From assembly GCA_040285825.1 (NCBI GenBank), contig JAUPSS010000003.1, forward strand, positions 930,001-994,000: a DNA stretch of 64,000 nucleotides, read 5' to 3'. The translations under genes were made by a program, and so were the position numbers. This stretch comes from Eukaryota sp. TZLM1-RC (taxonomy: Eukaryota; Protista; Metamonada: BaSk clade). Under the pieces are notes generated by a model. That model saw nothing but the letters and a program-made list of their open reading frames with translations, was not told the DNA's origin and ran no database searches. This document shows positions 1 to 11,020 of the stretch, one piece after another. Positions within the stretch are counted from its first letter, which is position 1. Each line of letters opens with the position of its first letter.

Positions 1-44
1 TTCATGTAAAGATGGGAAAGATGGGGCGGTAGTGTCATTCCTGA

Positions 45-236
45 AGATAATGTCTATAACAGAGGGATTCTGTGGTTTTCATTTGAAATGCATACTTGCG
101 TCAAGCATCATTCAAACTTATTCCAAGAACTTTCATTCTTGGTGACATCGTCTACAGACGTTCTAGAATCCTCGAATAATTGGCCACCAATCTCAGTGAG
201 CCCATTTCTCCTCTAGAACAATACGTAGTTTTGAAG
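45..236 (-). ncRNA. Candidate omega-RNA of Fanzor locus A
   Basis: Starts right after the reconstructed Fanzor stop (237-239). Nested stems: 212-220/159-167 enclosing hairpin 181-204; GAAA-loop hairpin 123-142; hairpin 82-116; stem 144-149/49-56. Confidence 0.6.
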
Positions 237-2025
237 CTAGTTTCTTTGTGGTCTCTGGAACGCTTCTGGTCTTGTTCCATAGTAGTGCTCACTAATTGCA
301 ATTTCTAGCTGATTTAGTGATGCAGATATGTCTCTAGACCATACTTGATTACATTCCGGACAACTGAAATAGGCGTTGTGAACTTAACTTCACCATCAAC
401 TTCTCGATAGATCTTTTGGTGTAGCATCTTGCAGCAGTTCACCTTTGCAGATGTCATATATTCATCTCCGATCTTCACATTAGCAAATGAACATTGTAAC
501 AACTTGAGAAACGCCTTACGTGGAGTTTTCACTTTTTGACTTGATTTACCACCGCCTCCATTGCCAAACCACACCTTTACTTCTCGACCATTTGCAAAGT
601 TTTTCACTTTGTTGATAATGGAGCTAAATCTTTTCTGTTTTCTTATAAAGAAGTCAAATGTGTTTCTCCTCAATGCTTTTCGAGCACTCAGATATAATTG
701 CTGCTTTAGCAATGATCGTCTTACGTTATTACCTTCATAATCCTTGTAGTCACCGATAGTTCATATTTCAACCAGATAATGGTTCATTTTCTGCACGTCA
801 TAAATATCTATTGATGAGTGGGTCAGTGAAACGGAGTGATTGATTTTTCGTTGCTTTTGTGCCAAGAAGATATTGGATACGGTCAGCCCTGAACATGTTC
901 CAATGCTGGAACCGCATAGATTTGAGTGGTTGGGGTCGATGGCCCAGTACACCATTTCCGTCTCATCATCAGGTGCCTGCCACTCAGTAGCTTTTGGTTT
1001 CTGGCGAGGTCGTGGCCGTTCAACCTTGGTTTGCAAGGTATGTTTTCTATTCCGAGTGATTTCGTAGTAGTCAAGTTCCCCTCTGGATCTCTTATCAGTC
1101 AAGGCTTCTCCAGCCAATCTCACCCGTGTTGCTTTGGGGCGCGGTTTGAAAGTTATACGGACACTATCACCATTAGAAGACACGGTGTAGTCATTAGCTA
1201 TTGTTTTAAACAATAAATAAGGGTTTTTCAAAATTGTTTGTGATGTGTTTTTGGAGATAAAATGGTTGAGAACCCATGTGGAAAAGGGGACAAAAGTAGG
1301 CTTCAAACTAGCGATGGGAGTGAGTCTATGTCGTTTAAAGGTATGTGGAAAGGCTTGCTCCAGGTGGTTTTGGATTGTTAAGCCGCAACGAAAGATGTAG
1401 GTACTGTTCTCTTGATTAAGAGTCACTCTTCGAGAAGAACGCAGAGTGTTGTACCTTTGAGGATCACCAACCAAGAAGTTAAACAGAGTAAGAGCTATGA
1501 TATGGTGTGTGTTAAACCAAGAAAGAAGAGGTTCACGAAAGTTCGTGCTGTTGTGAAGAACAAAGCCAGTATATGTGGCTGGTGCAGGGCAGTTATGACC
1601 TACTGCATACGAGCGGAATAAGTTAAGCTTCCACGACACAAGTCCATCAGTAAGAAGCTGATGGTAGTTGCCTTGCAGCTAGCGGCACTTTGCATCCACT
1701 AGTTGTTGTAGAGGCCTACTAGGGGTAGTGCATGATTCCGACCTGTTCTTGACAAGAACAGGACAGCAAACGGCCATAATGTAGAGATTCGCTCGAGCTT
1801 CTCATACACATGGCCTTTGCTAAGTCTGTTGAATGGATGTCTGACTTTTGGTTTGGAGATTGCCACAAAGTCAAGACAATGGATCCAGAATTGATGCTGA
1901 GTCAGGAAATGACTGTCTTCAGGGAAGCACACAGCAAAAACTCTGGTCAGCTGTCCATCAATATAATCACACACTGGCCGCTCAAAGAACTGATGAAGGG
2001 AGCAGGCACGTGTCCATGACTGCAT
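237..2025 (-). pseudogene. Fanzor1 (TnpB-like) nuclease, frameshifted (locus A)
   Basis: ORF pieces 1699-2025, 761-1639 and 314-712, plus a shifted C-terminus (~378-237: FSCPECNQVWSRDISASLN...). RuvC-I WAIDPN, VWFGNG, RuvC-II GDEYMTS..CC, RuvC-III SRDISA. Colinear motifs with the intact ORF at 32178. Confidence 0.85.
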
Positions 2026-2565
2026 AGTCCTTACTGAAAACGGAAGGTTCAGACTATTCTTGAGTCTAAACTCGAGTTTATTGCAAATCGTCCATCCCAA
2101 GCTGTGCCAACAACTTTTGCTGTGTCACCCCTTTAGCGGCACTTCTTGTCTTGAAACTAGACATCTGAATACTTATTATTACCTTGTCTCTCTACTTCGC
2201 CCTCTTCACACTCTTTCTACTCATCTTTTTTCCATAGACTATAGTATATAGTATCTAAAAAATAGACTATGCTGAAATTTGAAATGTAAGACCCATATAA
2301 GACAAAAGGTAGTTAATTGAGTTGGTGAAAGAAACAGTTGGTGAAAGAAAAAATTTCACCAATATGCAACCAAAGTGAGAACCACAGTTGAATTTTGAGA
2401 AGATTTTCTCCTTTTTAGCATCTTTCTTGGCTGTTTGCAGACATACTGGTTTATCTTCACAATTAACATGTGCTTCCATCACTGTTGACATGTTAAACCA
2501 AGGATTTCAAAACCTATTGTAAAGAAATAGCAATATTTCTCATTGATATTTCCAAAAATGCAATG

Positions 2566-2591
2566 ACTTCACTAGTGATAGGGTTCAAATT
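2566..2591 (+). promoter_or_regulatory. Putative snRNA promoter element upstream of U2
   Basis: ACTTCACTAGTGATAGGGTTCAAATT, 24/26 identical to the element upstream of U1 (25982-26007, minus strand) and at nearly the same distance (~22 nt) from the RNA start. Confidence 0.75.
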
Positions 2592-2613
2592 GGGAAAGAA
2601 ATCTTTTTCCTTT

Positions 2614-2751
2614 AGTCTTCGCCTATATGGCTTAGATCAAGTGTAGTATCTGTTCTTATCAGTTTGACAGCTGATACGTCCTCTTCGGAGGGCTTTCTGT
2701 CATCGTATTTGTCTCCACCTTCAATGCTCCCGGCCTTACACCTTTGCTGGG
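2614..2751 (+). ncRNA. U2: U2 spliceosomal snRNA
   Basis: GCC-tatat-GGCTTAGATCAAGTGTAGTATCTGTTCTTATCAG...CTGATACGTCCTC matches the conserved U2 5' half. Branch-recognition GTGTAGTA at 2641-2648, Sm-like TATTTGT near 2706, 3' hairpin CCCGGC..GCTGGG. Ends approximate. Confidence 0.95.
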
Positions 2752-3105
2752 TTGTGTTGTTGGTTTTATTTCAACAACTGTCAGGTCTTATTTGGTCTTC
2801 TGCTTTGTTTTCAGGAATGGTATTGTGTTTCACCTTTTCTACTAGTTCTATTCAACGGTTATACCACACTCATGTTCTATGCTGGTTAGTTTTATGTCCA
2901 CTTGGTTCAGTTACTGATATTGTGTGTTGGTTCTGGTCGAAGGTAACTATGTTACAGGACTTTTTCCTTTGTATAGTGATCTTCAGTGGGTCGTATGTCT
3001 TCATTGACAGTCTAGTATTCAAAAGGTTGTACCTTCATTATCAACAATATATAATGGTTACGCAATAGCTTTTTAAAATTTGTAATAATAAATTTAATAT
3101 TATTA

Positions 3106-3225
3106 AAGAAGCTTTAGCTAGACAGCAAAAAGATCAAGATTTTGTGGAGGAAATCTTGGTTCAATGAATTTCGTCCCATTAGTTATGAGTTTATTTTGTT
3201 AGTGTGCAAGCTTAATAAATTAAGG
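3106..3225 (+). mobile_element. 3'-terminal fragment of non-LTR retrotransposon family A
   Basis: Matches the 3' ends at 45007-45120 and 48849-48960 (EALARQQ.DQDFVEEILVQ* plus 3' UTR). Confidence 0.8.
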
Positions 3226-3332
3226 AATATATATTGAATTAATAATGATTAAATAGAAAATCCATAACAATCTAATAAGAATTTGTATTTACACACAGGA
3301 CAAACAAATGTCAATAAATTCAACTATCAGGA

Positions 3333-4373
3333 TTATCCATTCTCCACAACACACTTTTTAAAATCTACTGGGGGATCAATCTTTACCACTTTTTCCAGCC
3401 CTTTTAAAATCTTGAGTTTCGATGAAAGAAGACTGACTTTGATTTTATCAGATTTCACCTTAATCTTGAATTTATCCAGTGTGAGTCCTACGAAAACAGC
3501 AAAGACAGAACACCATTGTGCAAAGTTTAGTGTGTTTTGGAAAACAACTATGGATATCAAGACTGTGAAGAACTTTCGTGTAGTTGTGACTGTTGTGACA
3601 AGCAATGCTGATGACTTACTAAGTACAAGATATATGCAATACTGCCCCAAAGCACCCGTCAATAGATAACCAAAGAGAGGGAAAACTATTAGAGGATGTC
3701 GTGTAATGAAGGCAATTGTGGAAAACAATTCTCCAGTAATTAAGCTAACGATAAATGTTACTAAAAGACCATAAAGGTTAACATAATGCATAAACTCTGA
3801 AACTGTGGTTTTGTGGTTTGCAACACAGATATCTTGATAATAACTAGTCAATCCATCCAACAAAAGTGAAAGGATAGCCAAAAAGATACCAGGTAATGAG
3901 CTAGTCTCTGAATTTGAGGAGTTGGTATTAAATAACATAAATGAAGAAACTCCTGCAGTGATAAGTCCGACAGAAAAGTACTTTCGGTAAGAATAACGCT
4001 GCTTGCGCAGTATCAATCCAGCTAAGAGAACTGGGACCATTTTACAACTCTTGAGCAACAACTTAGCGATAAAAGAAAGATAAAGTAAACTCAAGTTAGA
4101 TGCCACCATTGCTCCAGTATAAGTGAAGGCAATCTTCAATAGAACTGACCTTGGAGTCCGGAGTGTAGTTGGGCTGTGTGATCTACGAAATCTGATATGT
4201 GAACTACTACAGACAACGTTAAAAAAACAAGTCAGACCAACCAACGTGATGGAGAAGGTAAACCTTTCATCACCCCAGTGATGTTTAGTGATTATTTCCT
4301 GGAATACTGAATATAAAAGAAGGGAGACATAAACACCAATGATACCAAAAGAAAGAACAGTCCTGTCCTTCAT
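3333..4373 (-). CDS. Nucleotide-sugar/UAA-family transporter (SLC35B1/HUT1-like)
   Basis: 346 aa multi-TM; motifs FQE, LLKSCKMVPVLL, LLLDGLT..YQD, GALGQ, TTVTTTRKFFTVLIS. Confidence 0.85.
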   Translation of the reverse strand: MKDRTVLSFGIIGVYVSLLLYSVFQEIITKHHWGDERFTFSITLVGLTCFFNVVCSSSHIRFRRSHSPTTLRTPRSVLLKIAFTYTGAMVASNLSLLYLSFIAKLLLKSCKMVPVLLAGLILRKQRYSYRKYFSVGLITAGVSSFMLFNTNSSNSETSSLPGIFLAILSLLLDGLTSYYQDICVANHKTTVSEFMHYVNLYGLLVTFIVSLITGELFSTIAFITRHPLIVFPLFGYLLTGALGQYCIYLVLSKSSALLVTTVTTTRKFFTVLISIVVFQNTLNFAQWCSVFAVFVGLTLDKFKIKVKSDKIKVSLLSSKLKILKGLEKVVKIDPPVDFKKCVVENG

Positions 4374-4479
4374 ATGAGTTAAGTTAAGTCGGGTAGTCGG
4401 AAAAAGTGTTTTAACTTCGACTAGTAGCGGTTTGCACTGGTTTTTGGATTTTGTTGTAAATTTATTTTTAATTCAATTT

Positions 4480-4590
4480 ATTTTATTCAACACCACATAT
4501 GAAAACATAAAATACACAATTAAAACTCCACATCCTCAAAACCTGCCTCCCCTACATCAAAACAATTAATTGCCAAAGATTCGGAAAAAT
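4480..4590 (-). mobile_element. 3' end relic of non-LTR family C (continues at 5304-5332 after the MULE insertion)
   Basis: Near-identical to 28475-28572; 5304-5332 matches 29331-29360. Confidence 0.75.
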
Positions 4591-4613
4591 TAAAAAAAGA
4601 AAGATTTAAAAAA

Positions 4614-5303
4614 GGGGCAATTTCACAATGTCACTTTTCCAACACACAAGTTTCACAAATGTCACTTTCTTGTGTCTTAGTTTCATAAATATCAGTATCA
4701 GACAATCAGTATCAGACAACCCCATTGTCCTTAGAGTCGATGATGACTTTCAATCTATGAAAGTTCTACGACAGACCATACAATTGTTTCGCTTTCTGTG
4801 TAAGACACTTAGCGGACAATTTAACAAAGAAGTGTCGGAAGAAGAAGCTTATCGGAGTTGTTTGGGAAGCTGCCAAAGCAGTAACAGCTGAAGACTTTAA
4901 CAATGCTATGAATGTTATCATGAGTATTTCACTCAAGGCCTACAACTTTCTGCAAGCGGTTGGTGTGGAGAATTGGAGCAGTTATATGTTCAAAGGACAG
5001 ACCTACGGACATGTGACCAGTAATGTCGCAGAGTCTCTCAATAGTTGGATGAAGTCACTGAGAGGACTACCAATTGTTGTCATGTTGGAAGTTTATAGAA
5101 GGAAATTAATGGATTGGTTTATTGCAAGACATGAACAGTCCCAAGTCTATCTAAGAAAGAACATGTTGATTGTACCAGCAATTGATATCCAGTAGATGAC
5201 CATTTGAAAATAGAATAAAACTGATATTTATGAAACTAAGACACAAGAAAGTGACATTTGTGAAACTTGTGTGTTGGAAAAGTGATATTTGTGAAATTAA
5301 CCC
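4614..5303 (+). mobile_element. Non-autonomous Mutator (MULE) element with ~85-bp TIRs and 9-bp TSD
   Basis: TIRs GGGGCAATTTCAC.../...GTGAAATTAACCC; TSD TTTAAAAAA at 4605-4613 and 5304-5312. Internal transposase remnant FLCKHL-like and YGHVTSNVAESLNSW (4908-5195). Confidence 0.92.
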
Positions 5304-6224
5304 TTTAAAAAATTACCGAAAGCGGGATTTTTAGTTTTGGCCAAGCCAAGTCTTACTTCATAATCCAAGCCTTGTTGTAAATTTATTTATTCGTTATTGG
5401 GATATACAATCTTCACTGGAACACGAGTTCTCATCTTCATGTTCAACGTGTTCAACACTGATGCAAATCTATGGAGCTTCACCCTTTCGTCACTCCCATT
5501 TCGATTTGATATGTTGGAGGTTGCCTTTATTACACTGAAACAGGAGTTATGACTGATAGGTATCGTACACTGTTTGGGTACATTTGTGGTCAGTTGTTCT
5601 GAGAGACAACTTTCCAAAGCGTGGGTCTTACAGACACTGAGCAATATGTGAGCAACTTCAGTTGGATTTGCCATCTTTGGAGGTGTATTGCCCGTTTACT
5701 GACTCCTTGAAACTGTATTCACTGAAGATATCGTTTTACTTCTGTATATATTTTGAACATTGACTGTTTCTCTACTTTTGATCATTGAGGCACGGTACAT
5801 AACTACAACCCACCATTCCACGAGGAGGTCTGAATAGGGTTTCTATATTATCACAATCGTATATAATAAACTAGGTACAACCTAATACCTTACTGTACAT
5901 AAAGAATTGTACAAAAATTATCCAAGGTTAACAGTTCAATCACAAAGTTGAAGTAACTAGGTAATATTACAGGTAAAAACAATGACAAATTGCAGTATAC
6001 CCATACTGACGACAGTCTTGACCATGTTTTGAGACTTTGTCGGGTGCAGATGAATGTCAACTTTACTTTTTTACCATAGTGCTTAAATCACGGCACGTGC
6101 TGGAACACTGGTGTTCGAACACGCATGCAAAACACGTGTTTATAACAAATCAACACTTATGGGGTGTTTTCTTATTCACATTTCTTACCTCTTTTGTTTA
6201 CTCATCTGTTGAACTGTAAGCATT

Positions 6225-6585
6225 TTAGTGCATTTAGAAGTAAAGTACATAATAATGCCAGGAACCAAAGTTATGTAATGTGCAAATCATATTGAGTAGC
6301 TTCCTTTTGTGAGCCTTTGCTATCAAAATTAATTCTCGATGACCCCCATATTGATAGTACGCGCTACAACAAAGCAACTATGGGTCTGACAAAAGGTGAT
6401 TTGGTTGTTCCCGGCTTAAATGGAAGCTTCACTATTTCAGATGCCATGTCCATAGATCCTTGTAATTATTCTAACGAACATTACATTGATTCAGATGTCA
6501 ATAATCCTCTTCTAGCCAGGGAAAAATACAAAATTGCTAAATACGCGAAACCTATTTCTTCTGTCAATGAAAATTCTCATGCCCA
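6225..6585 (+). mobile_element. Internal fragment of non-LTR family C (REL endonuclease)
   Basis: ORF 6317-6604 (TKGDLVVPGLNG..DAMSIDPC) is nearly identical to 28780-29140 on the minus strand. Confidence 0.8.
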
Positions 6586-6739
6586 AGATCTTTATTTACA
6601 TTAACATCTTTTAGTTTTGTTTGAATAGAATGTTGATAACTTGACAAGAAAATACTGTGAAATTGTAGATTAAAAACTGGGTCCGTGGTACTTAATATGA
6701 TACTAAACAAAACTATCGTTATTTAAGATTCATAAATAA

Positions 6740-7858
6740 TTTATGTGATGAATATAGTTCAATTGTATTTCAGTAGTTTTTGCTTTGTTTGTTCAAACCA
6801 ATTTTCTTTATCTGTATCAAACAGACAACAAAAATCTTGTTTCAGTCAACATTTTGGTGATTACATCAAGGAATTTGAGCAATGTTCATATGAAGATTTT
6901 TTACCAAGATGTATGGTTCAGAAAAAAAATTTCAAACGTATTCGAATAATCAAAGAAGTGAAAAAAACATGTTGGAGAGATTCAAATTGACCTTTGGGTA
7001 CCCTGAAGATGTAGTTATTGGTTATGGTGACTGGAGGTCGAAAGGAAATACAAGGAAGGGAAAAAGGACAACCATAAGAGGAACCGAAATTCGCAAACTA
7101 TTAAGAAGATTTAGTTATCGAGTTTTCCGAGTTGATGAATATAGAACGAGTAAATCTTGTTCCAGTTGTGCTGCCAAGGGAAATTTTGGAGAATGTGTCA
7201 ACGATTCTAGTATTAAAATGTTAGGTCCTAAGTGCAAACGACAACTAAAAAGAAAAGCAAACAGTTAAAACAAGAAATTGATTTATTTAATCAAAACAAT
7301 CCTACTAGAAAAAGAGATTTTCAACAAGAATGGGATGAACAGAAGGATTCACTAGAAGAAAAAGCAAAATCAACACCGTGGGGTTTAGTGAAGTGTCAGA
7401 CGTGCAGCACGCATTGAAATAGAGACTTCAACTCTGCCATAAATATATATTCCATTATAACATCTGCAATCAACGGTGAAGGTAGACCATCCATTTTCGA
7501 GAGACCAAAAACTCAAACAAAAGATTTCGAAAATGGATCATCTACTTTACAGAGAGATCAGAAGAAAAAGACTGCCGAGAAGGACAAAAAACCGAAAAGA
7601 TGTGGTATATATCGCGGAGAAGGCCACAACAGAAGAAACTGTTTATCAGAAATTCCTGAAACAAGCACATCCTTATCGGGTGCTAAAAGAAGACAGGGAG
7701 GAACTAAAAAGAGAGTAGTCAAGAAGATCTCTGCAGAAGAAAATACAGTCCATCTTAAACGATGTGGCAGCGGTAGTGTCTGGAGTTGTAATGAAAAATG
7801 GATTTCCAATGTAGGGTTGGTAAATGCATTTGGATTTGGACTCACAGTAAGTTCTTGA
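6740..7858 (+). pseudogene. Fanzor1 C-terminal half, disrupted, with C-terminal zinc-knuckle extension (locus D)
   Basis: FGYPEDVVIGYGDW, RVDEYRTSKSCSSC, WGLVKCQTCSTH*NRDFNSAINI (W codon appears as TGA at 7415-7417). Frame stays open to 7858 and contains CGIYRGEGHNRRNC at 7601-7642. Confidence 0.8.
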
Positions 7859-7866
7859 CTTCCAAG

Positions 7867-9554
7867 ATGTTTCTTGCTGTAGCGTTTATTACTGTGCTAT
7901 TAGTGACTGTTATATGGTTCACTATTACTTATCTTGACCCCATTTTATCCAATGTATCTGCTCATATTATCATTGGTCTAGGTCTCCTAGTCAGTGGTAG
8001 TATCATTGTTCTTATTCCCCTAGATTACGAGTCATCACTTTATCATCATTGCCGACTGGAACATCCTCCATCGCAATGCCAAAAACCAACACTCTATATC
8101 TCACAAGAACATCTCTCTCTTATTTGGAGGTTCATCTATTGGATTACATTCTTCTTTGTCTGGTTTGTTTATCCTTTTTTACTCTTAACCCCAGGGTTTT
8201 TATGCCATTCATCAGAAATCTCTCCAGTACGGCTGAGTTTCGACTCTCTGAGCGGCTACGAACTGCTCTCAAAAAGTCACTTACATTCTACATCACTTTA
8301 GGCATCCTTGCGCTTTCTGGGATCATTTATCTCTCTGTTTCCGCAGGCCTCACCTTCAACAATGTCATCTCAATGCTCATGTCGTTTGCCTCTCTCTGGG
8401 GTCTATTCTTACTTATTGTTCTATGTGGTCATGGGTTGGTAGGGTTACCAAAGAAATTGTGGAGAAAGTCTAACATTAAGAGAGAAGTCAAGTTTTGTGA
8501 ATTTTCAGCGTCCAAGGTGTATTCTGATCTCGAATCCGCTAGATCAAAACTATCGGAAACGCTCAATAAAGTCACCAAAACGGCAACCCAAGTCCCAGTC
8601 AGAAACCCTCTTTACCAATATCTTTCTCAAGTCATATCAAAATGTCCAATCTCTGCTTACGGAGGTTCTGCTGCTAATCTCATTAACATTGGTAAAGGAA
8701 ACTCTCTGGGAGGGGCCAATGTTGATTATGATATGGTATGTGGACTGAACAAGGAAGTTATGGTTAGGTCTTCAAGTTTGAGAATTCAAGAAGATAAGTG
8801 GGATAAGCTTGTTGTTAAGTATGCTTATTTAAAACAACTATTATCAATACAAGCAGCTAAAAAGGAAGTTGGAACCAGAAATCTTTTAAATTCTGGGATC
8901 TTTGAGATTTCTAAGAGAGATTTCATCTTTTACATGCATGCCTTGCCTATTGTTTTAAAGGTTTTATGTGTTGTCTGCTCTTCATTCACAATTGTTTTGT
9001 TATTTTCAGAATTATCTCTTGTTTCAGATAGTTTGACCAGTCCACTTAGTTTCTTTTTGTCAAAAAGTACATCAACTACTTTGAATTCTCTATTAATAAT
9101 GATGCCAATCGGGTATTTTACTCTTTGTGGTTTCTTTTCTTTAGCAAACTTGAAAAAATCTAGAGACTATTGCATTTTGAAAAAACTCACGACCCCCTGG
9201 TCTGGAATCTTTCTTTCTGGGTTTATGCTGAGGTTGATTTTTCCTCTATGCTATAACTATTTGACCATTTTAAAACTGGAAGAAACAGCTTTCATTCATT
9301 TGTTTGGTCCAATGGAGGATGTCCCTATTTTAGGAGTCACCATTTCCACCTGGTTGCCGACTGCCATACTTTTGATCTGCTTCCTGGCCTTGGGAGAGTG
9401 TTTTACTTCAGTCCTAAAAATGTTTGGGGTTTCGACTTTTGATTATGAGGAAGCAATTGAAGATGCAGGCAGTTTGGTTGAGGGACGAGGACTACTCTTA
9501 AGATCAAAAGATATCTTGCAGCGAGAGAAAATTTCAGTTGAAGGCAAGGTTTAG
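7867..9554 (+). CDS. LMBR1-domain membrane protein (LMBRD2-like), 2 exons: 7867-8162 and 8195-9554
   Basis: A 32-nt intron at 8163-8194 (GTTTGT...CTTAAC.CCCAG) joins ORFs 7798 and 8049 in frame. Motifs LIPLD, WRFIYW, GHGLVGLPKKLW, RLIFPLCYNYL. Confidence 0.85.
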
Positions 9555-9602
9555 GCTTTGGCTTTTTAGTTGTAAATTGTAGATATTTTGTTATTTTATT
9601 TA

Positions 9603-10908
9603 GGGAAAACTCCAAAATCCACACGTTTTTCAAAGATAGAACAAAATCCACACTTGCAAAACAAAATCCACACACTTTCATAGATTCACAACACAATCCA
9701 CATTTCCTATGAACATTGATCTTAAACGTCTTAGGAACGATGCAACATTGGTGGCAACAGAACATAAGACATTTGAGTCGAGATTGGACTTACAGACCTT
9801 CTTACATCAACTTGCACTTCACCACAACAGTAGATGCAGCTGGACATACATTTCCTCTTGCTTTCGGAGTAGTTGAAAATGAACATTATGATTCTTGGAA
9901 ATGGTTTATAGAAGAGCTAAAGAAGGTTTTTGATTTGACTGGTATTACTGTCATATCTGATCGACAAAAACGACTTATCAAGGCTGTTGGGGAAACGTTG
10001 CAAACCTCTGCTCATGCATTTTGTGTAAAGCATCTTGCCGATAATGCCAACGGTAAAGGTTCTAAAAAGGCCCGACCGTTCATATTCCGATTGGCCAAAT
10101 GCGGTTCCAAAGTTGAATACGAGAAATTGTTGCGTGAAATGACGTTAGTGAGTCCAGTTGCTGCAAACTACATCCGTAATACGGCTGAACCACACCATTG
10201 GGTTGAATATCAATTTCCAGGGAACAGATGTGGTCATGTTACCAGCAACATAGTTGAATGTGTAAATGCGTGCATTGCAGAAGCTCGTCAGCTTCCAATT
10301 GTACATATGTTTGAATCGATTAGGTCAATGTTGGCGAGATGGTTTATTACGAGAAGAAAAAGAAGCACGAAACTTATCATCAACTATTGTCTGCAGAGCA
10401 AATGATATTTTGGAACAGAGACTGTTACAATCTCGAGATTTAAAAGCTGTGGAATTGGACCAAGCTGAATTTGAAGTGAGAGAGAACGGCATTGTATTTA
10501 CTGTCAATGTGGATTCCAACGAATGCTCATGTGGAGCTTTTTTCAAGTCTTAATATAGTTTTTTAATATACTAACTCAACCTCCAATTCCTACACCGCGA
10601 GCAGGAAGACCAGGAGTCGTTAGGAAGAGGAGAAGTAATGAACCAAGAGGACCCAACAGCCGTAGTGAGAAGTTTACTGATGCAGTTGAACCAGCGCCCA
10701 AACAACGACGCAAGTACACATGTAAAGTATGTGGTGTCGAAGGACATAACGCAAGAGGATGTCCCAACAAAGATAAAGAATAGCTAATAAACAAGATTGT
10801 GTGGATATTGATGTTTTTGGAGTTTCTGTGTGGATTGTGAAATCTTTTGATGAAAGTGTGTGGATTTTGCTCCATTTTGAAGAAAAATGTGGAAAATGAA
10901 TTTATCCC
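9603..10908 (+). mobile_element. Mutator (MULE) deletion derivative, copy 1
   Basis: GGG...CCC ends with repeated subterminal AAAATCCACA motifs; 9-bp TSD TTTTATTTA (9594-9602, 10909-10917). Transposase core FPLAFGVVENE, ISDRQK, FCVKH, TSNIVE, start of SWIM, and C-terminal CxxC-GHN-C knuckle. Confidence 0.92.
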
Positions 10909-11020
10909 TTTTATTTAAGTAATTGGTTGAATTACAATTTGCTTGATTAATAAATATCATTCAGTGATAAGAATTTCTTTAATTTTACATTGATTTATAA
11001 AACAAAAACAAATTCATTAT

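Noticed and set aside
2664-3068. 134-aa hydrophobic ORF
   Set aside because: TTG start inside the U2 snRNA gene and no recognisable motifs; likely a chance ORF in T-rich sequence.
2614-3225. U2-targeting (Utopia-like) insertion
   Set aside because: U2 is uninterrupted and the nearest LINE fragment is ~350 bp downstream.
5387-5674. 95-aa ORF
   Set aside because: No motif recognised; cannot support a gene call.
6088-6140. Cluster of short palindromes (CACGTG, GAACAC/GTGTTC, GCATGC)
   Set aside because: No partner end, TSD or RNA-family signature found.
7415-7417. TGA read as Trp (alternative genetic code)
   Set aside because: It occurs in an already frameshifted pseudogene. Intact genes use TGG for Trp, and TGA ends several of them (34131-34133, 51658-51660).
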